This document shows positions 1 to 9,406 of a DNA stretch of 64,000 bases, piece by piece. The notes under the pieces are model-generated. The model ran no database searches. It worked only from the letters and a program-made list of their open reading frames with translations, and was not told the origin of the DNA. Location: assembly GCA_944323165.1 (NCBI GenBank), contig CALURK010000004.1, forward strand, positions 30,300 to 94,299, in the 5' to 3' direction. The position numbers were made by a program, and so were the translations under genes. This DNA comes from Candidatus Gastranaerophilales bacterium (GTDB taxonomy: Bacteria; Cyanobacteriota; Vampirovibrionia; Gastranaerophilales; Gastranaerophilaceae). The stretch's first letter is position 1, and each line of letters starts with the position of its first letter.

Positions 1-369
1 CTCTAATGGATTAAGATTATTATGCAGCATTTCTTCAATTTCCTTAATTGAAATAACTTTAGGTAATCTCTGCGGAACTTTTGGTTGTTCAAGAGTTGAG
101 GCAGGATTTTTTGTAATAATTCCTGTCGACGTTGCCCATTTAAAAAATCCTCTTAGTGAAGCTATTTTTCTTATTACACTTGTTGGGGCAAGATGATTTT
201 CTCTTAATTTTCTTACATAGGTGTTAATCGTCATTCGGTCTATTTTTTCTATATCATCTATGCCTTGAGAAAATTCTGAAAGGTCACGGCGATAAGCGTC
301 TATCGTGTTTTGAGAAAGACCCTTTTCAAGCTCTAAGTATTCCAGATATTGTGCAATTATTTGGTACAT
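1..369 (-). CDS. xerD: Tyrosine recombinase XerD/XerC, N-terminal part (runs off the left edge)
   Basis: Manual translation from ATG at 369: MYQIIAQYLEYLELEKGLSQNTIDAYRRDLSEF...LAPTSVIRKIASLRGFFKW...NPASTLEQPKVPQRLPKVIS, the typical Xer core-binding domain. XerC versus XerD is not certain. Confidence 0.85.
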   Translation of the reverse strand, partial: MYQIIAQYLEYLELEKGLSQNTIDAYRRDLSEFSQGIDDIEKIDRMTINTYVRKLRENHLAPTSVIRKIASLRGFFKWATSTGIITKNPASTLEQPKVPQRLPKVISIKEIEEMLHNNLNPLE

Positions 370-373
370 AATT

Positions 374-1759
374 CTATAATTTTAGATAAGCTTCTCTTAT
401 CAGATAATCCTCTAACATTTTCATATCTGAAATTGTCGCAGTTGTGTCATTAATTATTATACAAAAAGCGTACTTATTACCTTTTTTTGTTGTTAGAAAT
501 CCCGCAATAGAACTTAAATCTCCGTGTGTGCCTGTTTTAGCTTTCAAGTTATCTTTTATCGGCAACATTCTGTGGGTTAAAGTTCCTTCTCCCGGAGCTG
601 GAAGGTGTTCCATTATTGGATTATCCTTTGTTTTAATTAAAAACTCAGATATAAAATCTGCACTTATTAAATTATTCTTAGAAACTCCACTTGCGTCGGT
701 TAATCTTATTTTTGAATTATCAAGACCTATTTTTTTGCAGTATGCATTAAAAACTTTTATTCCGTTAATATCAGTTCCTTTATCATCATACATCTTGCCT
801 CCTGCAAGTTTGGAAACTGTTTCTGAAGCCATATTATTACTGTTTTTTAAAATATCGTCTATAGCTTCTGAAATAGGATGAGTGACTTTGTTAATTTCTT
901 TATCCCCGGATTTTACGGTGTCTGTTATAAAATTTTCTTTTAAATAAATGTTTCTATCATGAATTGTGTTTGCTAATCTTACATCAAAATATCTTTTTAA
1001 ATTATTTGTCGGTATACGAATAATTACAGGCTTATTAACAGTTCCTTTTAGGGAAAGGGTGTTTGCAGAAATTGAATTATCTCTTGAAACTGAAACGTCA
1101 TTTTTATCTGAGGTAACTACATTATTTAAAAATACTAAAGGATATTTGCTTGGATTAATTATTGTCGCAAGTTGTCCTTTTTGTGTTGGCATAATCGTAA
1201 TCTTTATTAAATTCCCGTCAAGATTGTAAGAATTAAATCTTGGCATAAGTACGTTCATATCATCATCCCATTGCCAGCCTTCTCCCCAATCTTTTTTTTC
1301 TAATATGCTGTTATCTACATAAATTCTTTCTGTTTCAGGGCTGATACTTCTTACAAGATTCTTTAAATCTGAAGATGTCAAGAAAGGATCTGCTCCGAGT
1401 TTTACTATGTAGTTATTTTCCCCTCTTTCATATAATGTTGTAGTAAATTCATAATTATCTCCAAGAGCATCTACTGCAGGTATGAGCGTGAGAACTTTTT
1501 GAACGGATGCAGGGTGCATCAAAATTCTCTCATTTAATTCGTAAACAGGTTTGCCTGAATTTAAGTCTTTTATAGAAATAGCTATAGAATTTTTTTCTAC
1601 ACCTGAATCATTAATGACAGAAGAAAAATCGCATTTGTCAGTTTTTACATTTTTAGCTTGGACTGAAAGTGTCATTAACAAAACTAATAACACAGAAAAT
1701 AGCTTTTTCATTTTTTTATTACCTCGTAAGAGTTTTTGATGTCTTTTAAAATTGTGCAT
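374..1759 (-). CDS. dacB: D-alanyl-D-alanine carboxypeptidase/endopeptidase (PBP4, peptidase S13)
   Basis: SxxK (PASVQK), SNN and KTG motifs. Signal peptide MKKLFSVLLV; likely start at 1711. Confidence 0.9.
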   Translation of the reverse strand: MHNFKRHQKLLRGNKKMKKLFSVLLVLLMTLSVQAKNVKTDKCDFSSVINDSGVEKNSIAISIKDLNSGKPVYELNERILMHPASVQKVLTLIPAVDALGDNYEFTTTLYERGENNYIVKLGADPFLTSSDLKNLVRSISPETERIYVDNSILEKKDWGEGWQWDDDMNVLMPRFNSYNLDGNLIKITIMPTQKGQLATIINPSKYPLVFLNNVVTSDKNDVSVSRDNSISANTLSLKGTVNKPVIIRIPTNNLKRYFDVRLANTIHDRNIYLKENFITDTVKSGDKEINKVTHPISEAIDDILKNSNNMASETVSKLAGGKMYDDKGTDINGIKVFNAYCKKIGLDNSKIRLTDASGVSKNNLISADFISEFLIKTKDNPIMEHLPAPGEGTLTHRMLPIKDNLKAKTGTHGDLSSIAGFLTTKKGNKYAFCIIINDTTATISDMKMLEDYLIREAYLKL

Positions 1760-2529
1760 TTATTCCGAAATTCACACATTTTTTCTAAATCGATTTCTGC
1801 ATAGATAGCACCTTCAACTTCGTCAATCTCATCAAGAATGTTTCCGTCGTAGTCAATTATCATTGAATGTCCTAAATTTTCAACTCCGTCAGCAAGTAAA
1901 CCTGTCTGAGTAAGTGCGACAGTGAAGGTTTGATTTTCAATTGCTCTTGCTCTTGTGAGGGTATCCCAATGAACTTTTCTTGATTTAGGCCAGGCTGCCA
2001 TGTTAACTAAAATATCAGCTCCTGCTTTTCTATAGGCTCTGTAAATTTCAGGAAAACGTATATCATAACAAATCGATATTCCGAGTTTTACACCTTCAAT
2101 TTCAACCATAACAGGATTTTTACCTACGCTTATGTAGCTGTTTTCCGTATCGCCGTTGTATGAATAAAGATGGTTTTTATCATAAATACAGATAACTTTT
2201 CCTTCTCTATTTATTACAGGGCAAGTGTTAAAAAGTTTGTCGCCGTCTTTTCTTACAAAACTTCCGCCTAAAATGTTTACTTCAAATTCTTTTGCGATAT
2301 TTTTAAGCATACTAACAGCTTTTGATTCTTCAAGATTTTCAGCAGAAGCGGGAAATGAAGGACAATCCCAACCTACTGTCCATAATTCAGGCAAGAAAAC
2401 AAAGTCGCATTTCTCGTATTTGTTTAAATTTGCGGTTAAAAGATTTTTGACAGTTTCAATATTTAATTCAAGATTTCCAATAGCAGATTCCATTTGGACT
2501 GCCAGTAATTTTACTTTTTTCTTCTCCAT
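1708..2529 (-). CDS. Carbon-nitrogen hydrolase (nitrilase family)
   Basis: Catalytic triad motifs LPELW, YDKNHL, ICYDIRFPE. Confidence 0.9.
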   Translation of the reverse strand: MEKKKVKLLAVQMESAIGNLELNIETVKNLLTANLNKYEKCDFVFLPELWTVGWDCPSFPASAENLEESKAVSMLKNIAKEFEVNILGGSFVRKDGDKLFNTCPVINREGKVICIYDKNHLYSYNGDTENSYISVGKNPVMVEIEGVKLGISICYDIRFPEIYRAYRKAGADILVNMAAWPKSRKVHWDTLTRARAIENQTFTVALTQTGLLADGVENLGHSMIIDYDGNILDEIDEVEGAIYAEIDLEKMCEFRNKCTILKDIKNSYEVIKK

Positions 2530-3209
2530 ATTCCGAATTTGTATACCTCATCAAATGCTTTAGGAGCTTTTTGTTCAAGTTCTTCAAGACTTTTTTGTAA
2601 TTTTTGTCGAGCTTCCTCTTCATCTCCGTTCGGTTCTATGTAGATAGGCTCTCCATATATGTTAATTAAGTTGGTTGCAAAAACAGGACATCTTAATTCG
2701 TCCCAAGACGGAAATTTTGCCCAAGTAAAGTTTTTTGAATACCAATATACAGGAACAACAGGAACGCCTGCAAGTTTTGCAATTTTTATAGCACCGTCTT
2801 TTGCAACCCTTGCCGGTCCTCTTGGACCATCTACCATCATTGCACAATTTTCGCCGCGCTTAAGAGCTTCTATCATCTGCATACTTGCTTCTACCGCACC
2901 TTTTTTACCTTTTGAACCGCGGATAGTTTTAAACCCCCAACGCTCTACTACTTCTGCAATAACGTCTCCGTCTTTTGAACGACTAATTAGTACATTTGTG
3001 TTTGCCCTGTTTGGAAGCCCATGTATGCAAAATTGATGTGCGTGCCACATTGCGTATAAACAAGGCGTTATATTGGGATTGTCTACTTCTATTATTCTTG
3101 TAAAAAGCTCTTGAGTTTTTAAAATTCTAAATACTGTTTTTGAGATTATTTCAGTATTTTTTCCGTCTAAAATTCTAACCATACATCGTATTATACTATA
3201 AATCGGCAA
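2511..3209 (-). CDS. DUF374 / lysophospholipid acyltransferase family protein
   Basis: WH, SRSKDGD, RGS and DGPRGP motifs. Confidence 0.8.
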   Translation of the reverse strand: MPIYSIIRCMVRILDGKNTEIISKTVFRILKTQELFTRIIEVDNPNITPCLYAMWHAHQFCIHGLPNRANTNVLISRSKDGDVIAEVVERWGFKTIRGSKGKKGAVEASMQMIEALKRGENCAMMVDGPRGPARVAKDGAIKIAKLAGVPVVPVYWYSKNFTWAKFPSWDELRCPVFATNLINIYGEPIYIEPNGDEEEARQKLQKSLEELEQKAPKAFDEVYKFGIWRRKK

Positions 3210-3235
3210 AAATATGCTATACTTAAAGTTGTGAT

Positions 3236-3853
3236 GTGATAAAGGATTTAAAAGACATGAAAAGATTGTTAATTATGTTATTTTTTCTTATGCCAATAGC
3301 AGTTATGGCAAGTTATAACGATATTTATATAGCAGATATCAAGTATGACTGGATTGATAAAACAGCAATGGAAAAAGAAGCTATTATAAGTGAAGTTAAG
3401 GATATAATTTTTGAAACTCCTATTGAAAAACAAAATAATTTTAGGGAACAGTTTAAAGATAGATTGAAGGATAAAAATCATTTGGATAATTATTTTGCAG
3501 CTTCTGCGGGGTATAAAGAGCTCGGGGATTATAATTTATCAGCATTTTATTATAAAAAAATGAAGAATATTTACATGTACGCTATTCAAGATAAAAAAGA
3601 TGTTTCTAAAGCTTATTATTACGATGCAATGGGTAAATTAAGATATATTGATTTTATCTATGGAGAGTATCCTGACTATCCTTATTATTCCATTCAATAT
3701 AGAGTTAGCGGAAAACCCGTGAGTGCAATATATTTTGTATCCAAAGATTGCCAATATCTTTTTACTCCTGATGGCGAATTTGAAGGAGTTTGGTATAAAC
3801 ATAATCTTTATAACAAGGATTCTGAAATAACTCTGACAAGAACTTCATACTAA
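3236..3853 (+). CDS. Exported hypothetical protein with MORN-like beta repeats
   Basis: Signal-peptide-like MKRLLIMLFFLMPIAVMA; segments YYYDAMGKL and FTPDGEF. Confidence 0.65.
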   Translation: MIKDLKDMKRLLIMLFFLMPIAVMASYNDIYIADIKYDWIDKTAMEKEAIISEVKDIIFETPIEKQNNFREQFKDRLKDKNHLDNYFAASAGYKELGDYNLSAFYYKKMKNIYMYAIQDKKDVSKAYYYDAMGKLRYIDFIYGEYPDYPYYSIQYRVSGKPVSAIYFVSKDCQYLFTPDGEFEGVWYKHNLYNKDSEITLTRTSY

Positions 3854-3878
3854 AAAAATAAATTTTATCTGAAATTGT

Positions 3879-3920
3879 AATAATTTGTAATAAAAAGTCA
3901 ATTTTTTATTACAAATTATT
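3879..3920. repeat. Perfect inverted repeat, 18-bp arms around GTCAAT (operator or terminator)
   Basis: AATAATTTGTAATAAAAA-GTCAAT-TTTTTATTACAAATTATT read directly. Confidence 0.8.
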
Positions 3921-3964
3921 TTTATGTATATAGGGAATAATTAAGTTAAATATGGGGAATTTAT

Positions 3965-4417
3965 ATGGTTAAAGTAAGTAATAAAGTAGCCTTACCACTT
4001 ACGCAAACGGCCAAAAAGCTTTCAGCATCCAAAAAAGCACTTGGAGGTGCAGCATTAGGCAGTATATTTTGCCTTACTGATTTTTTAACAGTACCTGGCG
4101 CTTTTAAGTTAAAATATAATACTGACGGTGAAAAAATTGAAGGTACAAACAGGAAGTCAGGTTTAAAAGAATTGGGGAAATGTGCAATAAAAGGGTTGGG
4201 CTATTTTGCAGTTTCAACAGCAATTTTAGGCTTGGGTGCTTGCGCAGGACCTATCGCAGCGGGACTAGCTTGGGGAGCATCTTATGGTTCGACTTCTGTT
4301 TTAAATGATATATTTGAAAAGCTATTGCCATCAGAACAAAAACTTGTAGCAGAAGCATGTAAGAAGAAGGGAATTGATATTGATGCTGAAATGCAAGGAT
4401 TAGATCAGTTAACTTAA
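3965..4417 (+). CDS. Hypothetical small helical membrane protein
   Basis: 150-aa ORF with GGGG RBS-like element and Gly/Ala-rich hydrophobic segments. Confidence 0.7.
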   Translation: MVKVSNKVALPLTQTAKKLSASKKALGGAALGSIFCLTDFLTVPGAFKLKYNTDGEKIEGTNRKSGLKELGKCAIKGLGYFAVSTAILGLGACAGPIAAGLAWGASYGSTSVLNDIFEKLLPSEQKLVAEACKKKGIDIDAEMQGLDQLT

Positions 4418-4569
4418 TAAAAATTCTTTTTGCAGTTCTCCTTGTCTTTATCTTCTTCAACCCATACGAGCGTAATCTTAAGCGGAATAGCTTCAAAAGG
4501 ATTTGAAGCTGCTTTATCATACTTATTTATTTTTTGATTAACTAATTTAAAAAAACTTTTTACTTTCAT
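4414..4569 (-). CDS. Possible 51-aa hypothetical protein (MKVKSFFKLV...KKNFY)
   Basis: Manually found ORF filling the gap between 4417 and the tmRNA promoter region; no homology evidence. Confidence 0.3.
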   Translation of the reverse strand: MKVKSFFKLVNQKINKYDKAASNPFEAIPLKITLVWVEEDKDKENCKKNFY

Positions 4570-4678
4570 AATTATATCTTTACACTATATGTAGTTGGAT
4601 AAATTAACCAAAATAATGAATTAAAAAAAATAAATATGACAGAAGTGTTTAGTAAAAAAGTCTAATTAAGAAAAAGTA

Positions 4679-4707
4679 TTGTAAAAGAAGAAATAATGTC
4701 ATATACT
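4679..4707 (+). promoter_or_regulatory. sigma70-type promoter of ssrA
   Basis: TTGTAA-N17-TATACT, about 30 nt upstream of the tmRNA 5' end. Confidence 0.6.
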
Positions 4708-4736
4708 GTAAATACGCACATTGAGAAAGTTAATAA

Positions 4737-5134
4737 GGGGATGTACTGGTTTTGACGCCGTGATTGGTAGATCCGGATTGCGAGTGCGGGCGCTGTTCCC
4801 GCTTATCAACGAGCAAACAAAATTAAATGCTACAGATAACGTTGTAGTTGCTGATTTCTCTAGAGCTGCTGCTCGTAGAGCTGCATAACAGACTTTGCAG
4901 TCAGCCTCTGATAGAGCCCAGCTTGCCGGCTTTATCGGACCACTATGCAAGCTGCAGTACGCAAATGATGGTATGCGTATTAAGTTAACCATTGGAGGTT
5001 AGGCTTCCGCAAAAAGTCTTTGGTCTGATTCAGGTTTTGTAACTTTCCGTATCAGATTGAGCTAATAAGTTACTACACTCGTAGAGGTCAGTTTTTATCC
5101 ACGATGGACGCGGGTTCGACTCCCGCCATCTCCA
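4737..5134 (+). ncRNA. ssrA: tmRNA (one-piece)
   Basis: 5' GGGGATG pairs with 3' CATCTCC-A, including the G3-U alanine determinant; T-loop GGTTCGACTCCC; internal tag ORF ending in AA-stop. Confidence 0.95.
4829..4888 (+). other. tmRNA tag reading frame (A)ATDNVVVADFSRAAARRAA*
   Basis: Resume codon GCT after TTAAAT; 19 codons then TAA. Confidence 0.85.
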
Positions 5135-5143
5135 GTAATTATT

Positions 5144-5539
5144 TTAATATTTCAATTGTTGCCGAATCCACTCCATAATTACTGATACAATATACTCTTG
5201 TTGGCTTGGAGTAAGTTCTTTTCCTTTTGGAATTTTATGCCATTTCTCTATACAACCGCGGCAACAAGTTGCGGTGGCGTGCTGTGCTATAAAAACCGGA
5301 TGTCCCTTCATCGGGGTTTGTTTACCGTCATTCGGTATAATTGCGGGAGAAACCCTGGAGCTTATAAAATCTCTGGCATGTGATTCGATTACATCAAGTC
5401 CCTTGGTATTAATATACTCAATATCTTTTGGTTTCAGCTTAAATTTACTTCTAAAATTTGATTTTGCGAGTTTATCTAAAATATTCATAGTTTTACAAAT
5501 TTTCAATGTAGTGATTAATTCCGTAAAATATTTTACCAC
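5144..5539 (-). CDS. DUF4186 family protein
   Basis: NDGKQTPMKGHPVFIAQHATATCCRGCIEKWH signature; likely start at 5488. Confidence 0.85.
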   Translation of the reverse strand: MVKYFTELITTLKICKTMNILDKLAKSNFRSKFKLKPKDIEYINTKGLDVIESHARDFISSRVSPAIIPNDGKQTPMKGHPVFIAQHATATCCRGCIEKWHKIPKGKELTPSQQEYIVSVIMEWIRQQLKY

Positions 5540-5599
5540 TTTAATAATTGATTTTTAATTTCTTTTAATATACTTTTTTCTGAGAAGGGAGAGAAAATA

Positions 5600-6502
5600 T
5601 TGATAAGACGTAAAACTATCGGTACATTAAACGGAATTATTGCGGCAACAAGTTACGGGCTTAATCCATTGTTTGCTTTGCCTCTTTTTGCAAGAGGTAT
5701 GCAGGTTAATTCTGTACTCTTTTACAGATATGCAATTGCTGTAATTCTTTATGGACTTTGGCTTACGATTCACAAAAAAATGTCGTTAAAAATCCATAAA
5801 AAAGATATCATTCCGGTTTTTGCTCTATCTCTTCTTTTTTCTTTATCATCTTTGACTTTATTTGATGCGTTCAATTATATAGAAGCGGGAATTGCCTGCA
5901 CAATTCTTTTTATTTATCCTATATTGGTGGCTTTAATGATGGCTATATTCTTTCACGAGAAACTTTCTAAAGTTGTCATTACTTCTATATTTTTAACATC
6001 AATAGGAATATATTTGTTATACAACGGAAAGCCCGGAGCTCCTTTAAATTTGCACGGAATTATTATGGTAATTGCTTCTGCATTTTTGTACGCTTTTTAT
6101 ATTGTAGGAGTGAAAACTAATAAAACTATTAAAAATATTAACAGTGCAAAATTAAGTTTTTATGTAATGTTATTTGGACTTGTTGTTTATATTTACAATT
6201 TAGATTTTTGTACAAATCTGCAAATCCCTCAGAATCCTTTTATGTGGATTTGTCTATTTGGTTTATCAATATTTCCGACAATTATGTCTTTAGAAACTAT
6301 AACTATTGCTATAAAATTAATAGGTTCTACAACTACAGCCATACTTGGTGCTTTAGAACCTTTGACGGCAATTGTTGTGGGAATGATTTTTTTTGAAGAA
6401 CGTTTAACGGTAAAAATCTCATTAGGTATATTTTTGATTTTGATGGGTGTAATTTTGATAATTTCGAAGGATAAATTATCACATCGTCATCATAAAGAAT
6501 AG
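5600..6502 (+). CDS. DMT/EamA family transporter
   Basis: About 10 hydrophobic helices, duplicated EamA pattern, LEPL motif. Confidence 0.85.
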   Translation: MIRRKTIGTLNGIIAATSYGLNPLFALPLFARGMQVNSVLFYRYAIAVILYGLWLTIHKKMSLKIHKKDIIPVFALSLLFSLSSLTLFDAFNYIEAGIACTILFIYPILVALMMAIFFHEKLSKVVITSIFLTSIGIYLLYNGKPGAPLNLHGIIMVIASAFLYAFYIVGVKTNKTIKNINSAKLSFYVMLFGLVVYIYNLDFCTNLQIPQNPFMWICLFGLSIFPTIMSLETITIAIKLIGSTTTAILGALEPLTAIVVGMIFFEERLTVKISLGIFLILMGVILIISKDKLSHRHHKE

Positions 6503-6514
6503 GGGAAATGCGCT

Positions 6515-7057
6515 ATGAAAAGATGTTTTTGGGTAGACGAAAAATCTGATATTTATAAAAAGTATCATGATGAAGAATGGGGTGTTCCTAAGTACGATGA
6601 CAAAGAACTCTTTGAACTTCTTATTTTAGAGGGTTTTCAAGCAGGATTAGCTTGGATTACGGTTTTGAAAAAGCGCGAGGCTTTTCGTGAGGCTTTTGAT
6701 AATTTTGACGTTCAAAAAGTTGCAGAATACAATCAGGATAAGATTGATTCGCTTATGCAAAATGCAGGAATTATAAGAAGTAGAAATAAAATTTTAGCAG
6801 CAATTAATAATGCAAAAATTTTTATGGATATTCAGCAGGAGTTTGGAAGTTTTTCTCGTTACATCTGGAGTTTTACGGAAAATAAAGTTATAAAAAATAA
6901 AACTGATAAAATTCCCGTCAAAACCGACCTTTCTGATAAAATCTCCAAAGATCTCAAAAAACGCGGAATGAAGTATGTTGGTTCTGTAATTGTCTATTCG
7001 TATTTGCAAGCAATAGGCGTAATTAATGATCATGAAACTACTTGTTTTAGATATTAA
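6515..7057 (+). CDS. tag: DNA-3-methyladenine glycosylase I
   Basis: RCFW, YHDEEWG, LEGFQAGLAW and C-terminal DH...C zinc motif. Confidence 0.93.
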   Translation: MKRCFWVDEKSDIYKKYHDEEWGVPKYDDKELFELLILEGFQAGLAWITVLKKREAFREAFDNFDVQKVAEYNQDKIDSLMQNAGIIRSRNKILAAINNAKIFMDIQQEFGSFSRYIWSFTENKVIKNKTDKIPVKTDLSDKISKDLKKRGMKYVGSVIVYSYLQAIGVINDHETTCFRY

Positions 7058-7111
7058 GTAGCAAAAAATTTTTTGTACTATAATATTTTTTATAAATAGA
7101 GGAAAAACACT

Positions 7112-7447
7112 ATGCTGAGAGTAGATTTAAATGACAAGAGATACATGTGTTCTCCTGAATTTTGGCAGGATAAACACAATTCAGAAACGGCATCATTAAT
7201 AGATGATTTAATGTTCCAAAGGGATCTGTTAAGTACGATACCGCAGGACAGTCCAAAAGATTTTTTTCAAAGATCAGACGGGTTTGTAGTGCGCAAAAAT
7301 AAATTGGGTTTCTTAAAATTTCTGAAAGGTCCTGGATATTATGAAAGTAAATTTGCGGATAACATGAACAAGCAATATGAACTTATAAAAGCAGATTTAA
7401 AACACTTATCCAATAAAGCCAAAAATGAAATAAATTATGAGATATAA
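7112..7447 (+). CDS. Hypothetical protein
   Basis: 111-aa ORF with GAGG RBS. Confidence 0.6.
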   Translation: MLRVDLNDKRYMCSPEFWQDKHNSETASLIDDLMFQRDLLSTIPQDSPKDFFQRSDGFVVRKNKLGFLKFLKGPGYYESKFADNMNKQYELIKADLKHLSNKAKNEINYEI

Positions 7448-7458
7448 TCAAATAAATA

Positions 7459-9315
7459 TTGCGTAAATATTTACAATTATACCTGTTTTTGTTACGATTT
7501 AATAGCGATATAGTTTTTAATAGGGAGATGAATAAATTGAAAACCAAAATGAAATCCAATAATTGCGGAGAGTTAAATCTAAGCAATTTAAATGAAGAAG
7601 TAACCCTATCCGGCTGGGTTTCCACAGTGAGGGACCTGGGTGGAATTTTATTTATAGAATTAAGAGATAGAAGCGGATTCTTTCAATTAGTAGCTAACCC
7701 GCAGATTAATCCTGATGTTCACAAAGCTTTTGAGAAAGTAAGAAGTGAATATGTAATAATGGTAAAAGGAAAAGTTACAAAGCGTCCGGAAGAAACTTAT
7801 AATGAAAAATATCCAACCGGTCAGGTAGAAATGTATCCGGAAAGTGTTGAAATTCTTGCAGAATCAAAAGTTCTTCCTTTTGTTTTGGGTGATGAAAATG
7901 TTTCAGAAGATGTTCGTTTAAAATACAGATATCTTGATATTAGAAACGAAAAAATGTTACACAACTTGAAAACAAGACATAACATAGTTCAAGCTGTTAG
8001 AAATTATTTAAATAAAGAAGAATTTTTAGAAGTAGAAACTCCGATCTTAATAAAAACAACTCCGGAAGGAGCAAGAGATTATCTTGTACCATCAAGAGTT
8101 CAGCCTGGCAAATTCTTTGCACTTCCGCAATCACCTCAAATTTTCAAACAGTTATTGATGGTGGGTGGAATAGAAAAATATTATCAAATAGCAAAATGCT
8201 TCAGAGATGAAGACTTAAGAGCAGACAGACAGCCGGAATTCACTCAAATAGATATGGAAATGTCATTTGTAGAACAACCAGATGTGATAAAGGTTGTAGA
8301 AGGTCTTTTAGTTGAGGCATTTAAGGCTGCCGGAGTAGAGATTAAGCCTCCGTTTATCCAAATGCCTTGGCAGGAAGCAATGGACAGATACGGTTCTGAC
8401 AAGCCTGATACGAGATTCGGTCTGGAATTGTTTGATATTGGCGATATTATTCTTGAGTCTAACTTTGAGATTGTTAAGAATACTCTTTTGAATGGTGGTA
8501 TTGTTAGAGGTATAAGAATTCCTGGCGGTGCTAAATATTCAAGAAAAGATATTGATGATATTACTAAACTTGCAGTGTCATTCGGTGCAAAAGCTTTAGC
8601 AAATATTATTTATAATGAAGACGGAACAGCAAAATCTCCAGTATTGAAGTTTGTAACAGAAGAACAAGCAAAACAAATTCAAGAAAGAGCTGGTGCTCAA
8701 GCCGGTGATATTATATTCTTCGTAGCAGACAAACCAAAATTAGTTTACGATATTATGGGTAGATTAAGACTTCATTTTGGTAAATCTTTAAATCTGATTG
8801 ACGAAAGCAAACATAATTTGTTGTGGGTTGTAGACTTCCCAATGTTTGAGTGGTCAGATGAAGAGGGTAGGTATATGGCAATGCACCATCCGTTTACTTC
8901 TCCAAATCTTAATGATTTAGATAAACTTGATAGCGGTGATTTAGGTAATGTAAAATCAATAGCTTATGATATAGTTTATAACGGAACGGAACTCGGCGGC
9001 GGCTCTGTAAGAATTCACTCAAGTGAAGTTCAAAAGAAAATATTTAAAGCTTTAGGTCTTACAGAAGAAGAAGCAACTGAGAAATTCGGTTTTATGGTAA
9101 ATGCTCTTCAATATGGAACTCCGCCTCATGCAGGTTTAGCTATAGGGTTAGACAGATTAGTAGCATTGTTGTGCAGAACAGATTCTATCCGTGATGTAAT
9201 AGCTTTCCCTAAAAATGCTAGTGCAAAAGATTTGATGAGTGATGCGCCTGGAGAAGCTTCTCTACAACAACTGAGAGAATTGCATATTAAAAGTACCGTA
9301 AAAAAAGATAACTAG
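7459..9315 (+). CDS. aspS: Aspartate--tRNA ligase
   Basis: OB-fold RDLGG, motif 2 FRDEDLRADRQPEFTQID, HHPFT, motif 3 GLDRL. Real start is probably 7528-7549 (RBS AGGGAG). Confidence 0.97.
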   Translation: MRKYLQLYLFLLRFNSDIVFNREMNKLKTKMKSNNCGELNLSNLNEEVTLSGWVSTVRDLGGILFIELRDRSGFFQLVANPQINPDVHKAFEKVRSEYVIMVKGKVTKRPEETYNEKYPTGQVEMYPESVEILAESKVLPFVLGDENVSEDVRLKYRYLDIRNEKMLHNLKTRHNIVQAVRNYLNKEEFLEVETPILIKTTPEGARDYLVPSRVQPGKFFALPQSPQIFKQLLMVGGIEKYYQIAKCFRDEDLRADRQPEFTQIDMEMSFVEQPDVIKVVEGLLVEAFKAAGVEIKPPFIQMPWQEAMDRYGSDKPDTRFGLELFDIGDIILESNFEIVKNTLLNGGIVRGIRIPGGAKYSRKDIDDITKLAVSFGAKALANIIYNEDGTAKSPVLKFVTEEQAKQIQERAGAQAGDIIFFVADKPKLVYDIMGRLRLHFGKSLNLIDESKHNLLWVVDFPMFEWSDEEGRYMAMHHPFTSPNLNDLDKLDSGDLGNVKSIAYDIVYNGTELGGGSVRIHSSEVQKKIFKALGLTEEEATEKFGFMVNALQYGTPPHAGLAIGLDRLVALLCRTDSIRDVIAFPKNASAKDLMSDAPGEASLQQLRELHIKSTVKKDN

Positions 9316-9336
9316 GTTTATTGGTTTAAAATAAAG

Positions 9337-9369
9337 AAAAGACTTGCTTATATATGGCAAGTCTTTTTT
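9337..9369 (+). terminator. Intrinsic terminator (bidirectional)
   Basis: AAAAGACTTGC-loop-GCAAGTCTTTTTT. Confidence 0.8.
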
Positions 9370-9406
9370 GTAAAAATATAAAAGGAAAAGGAAAATAAAT
9401 ATTTTA

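Noticed and set aside
1-369. Tyrosine recombinase as a prophage or island integrase
   Set aside because: It has Xer-type sequence, lies downstream of dacB among housekeeping genes, and no att repeats or phage genes are visible.
5120-7447. Island integrated at the ssrA 3' end
   Set aside because: No integrase and no convincing duplication of the tmRNA 3' end. The only CCATCTCCA match noticed (about 13267) is inside a CDS.
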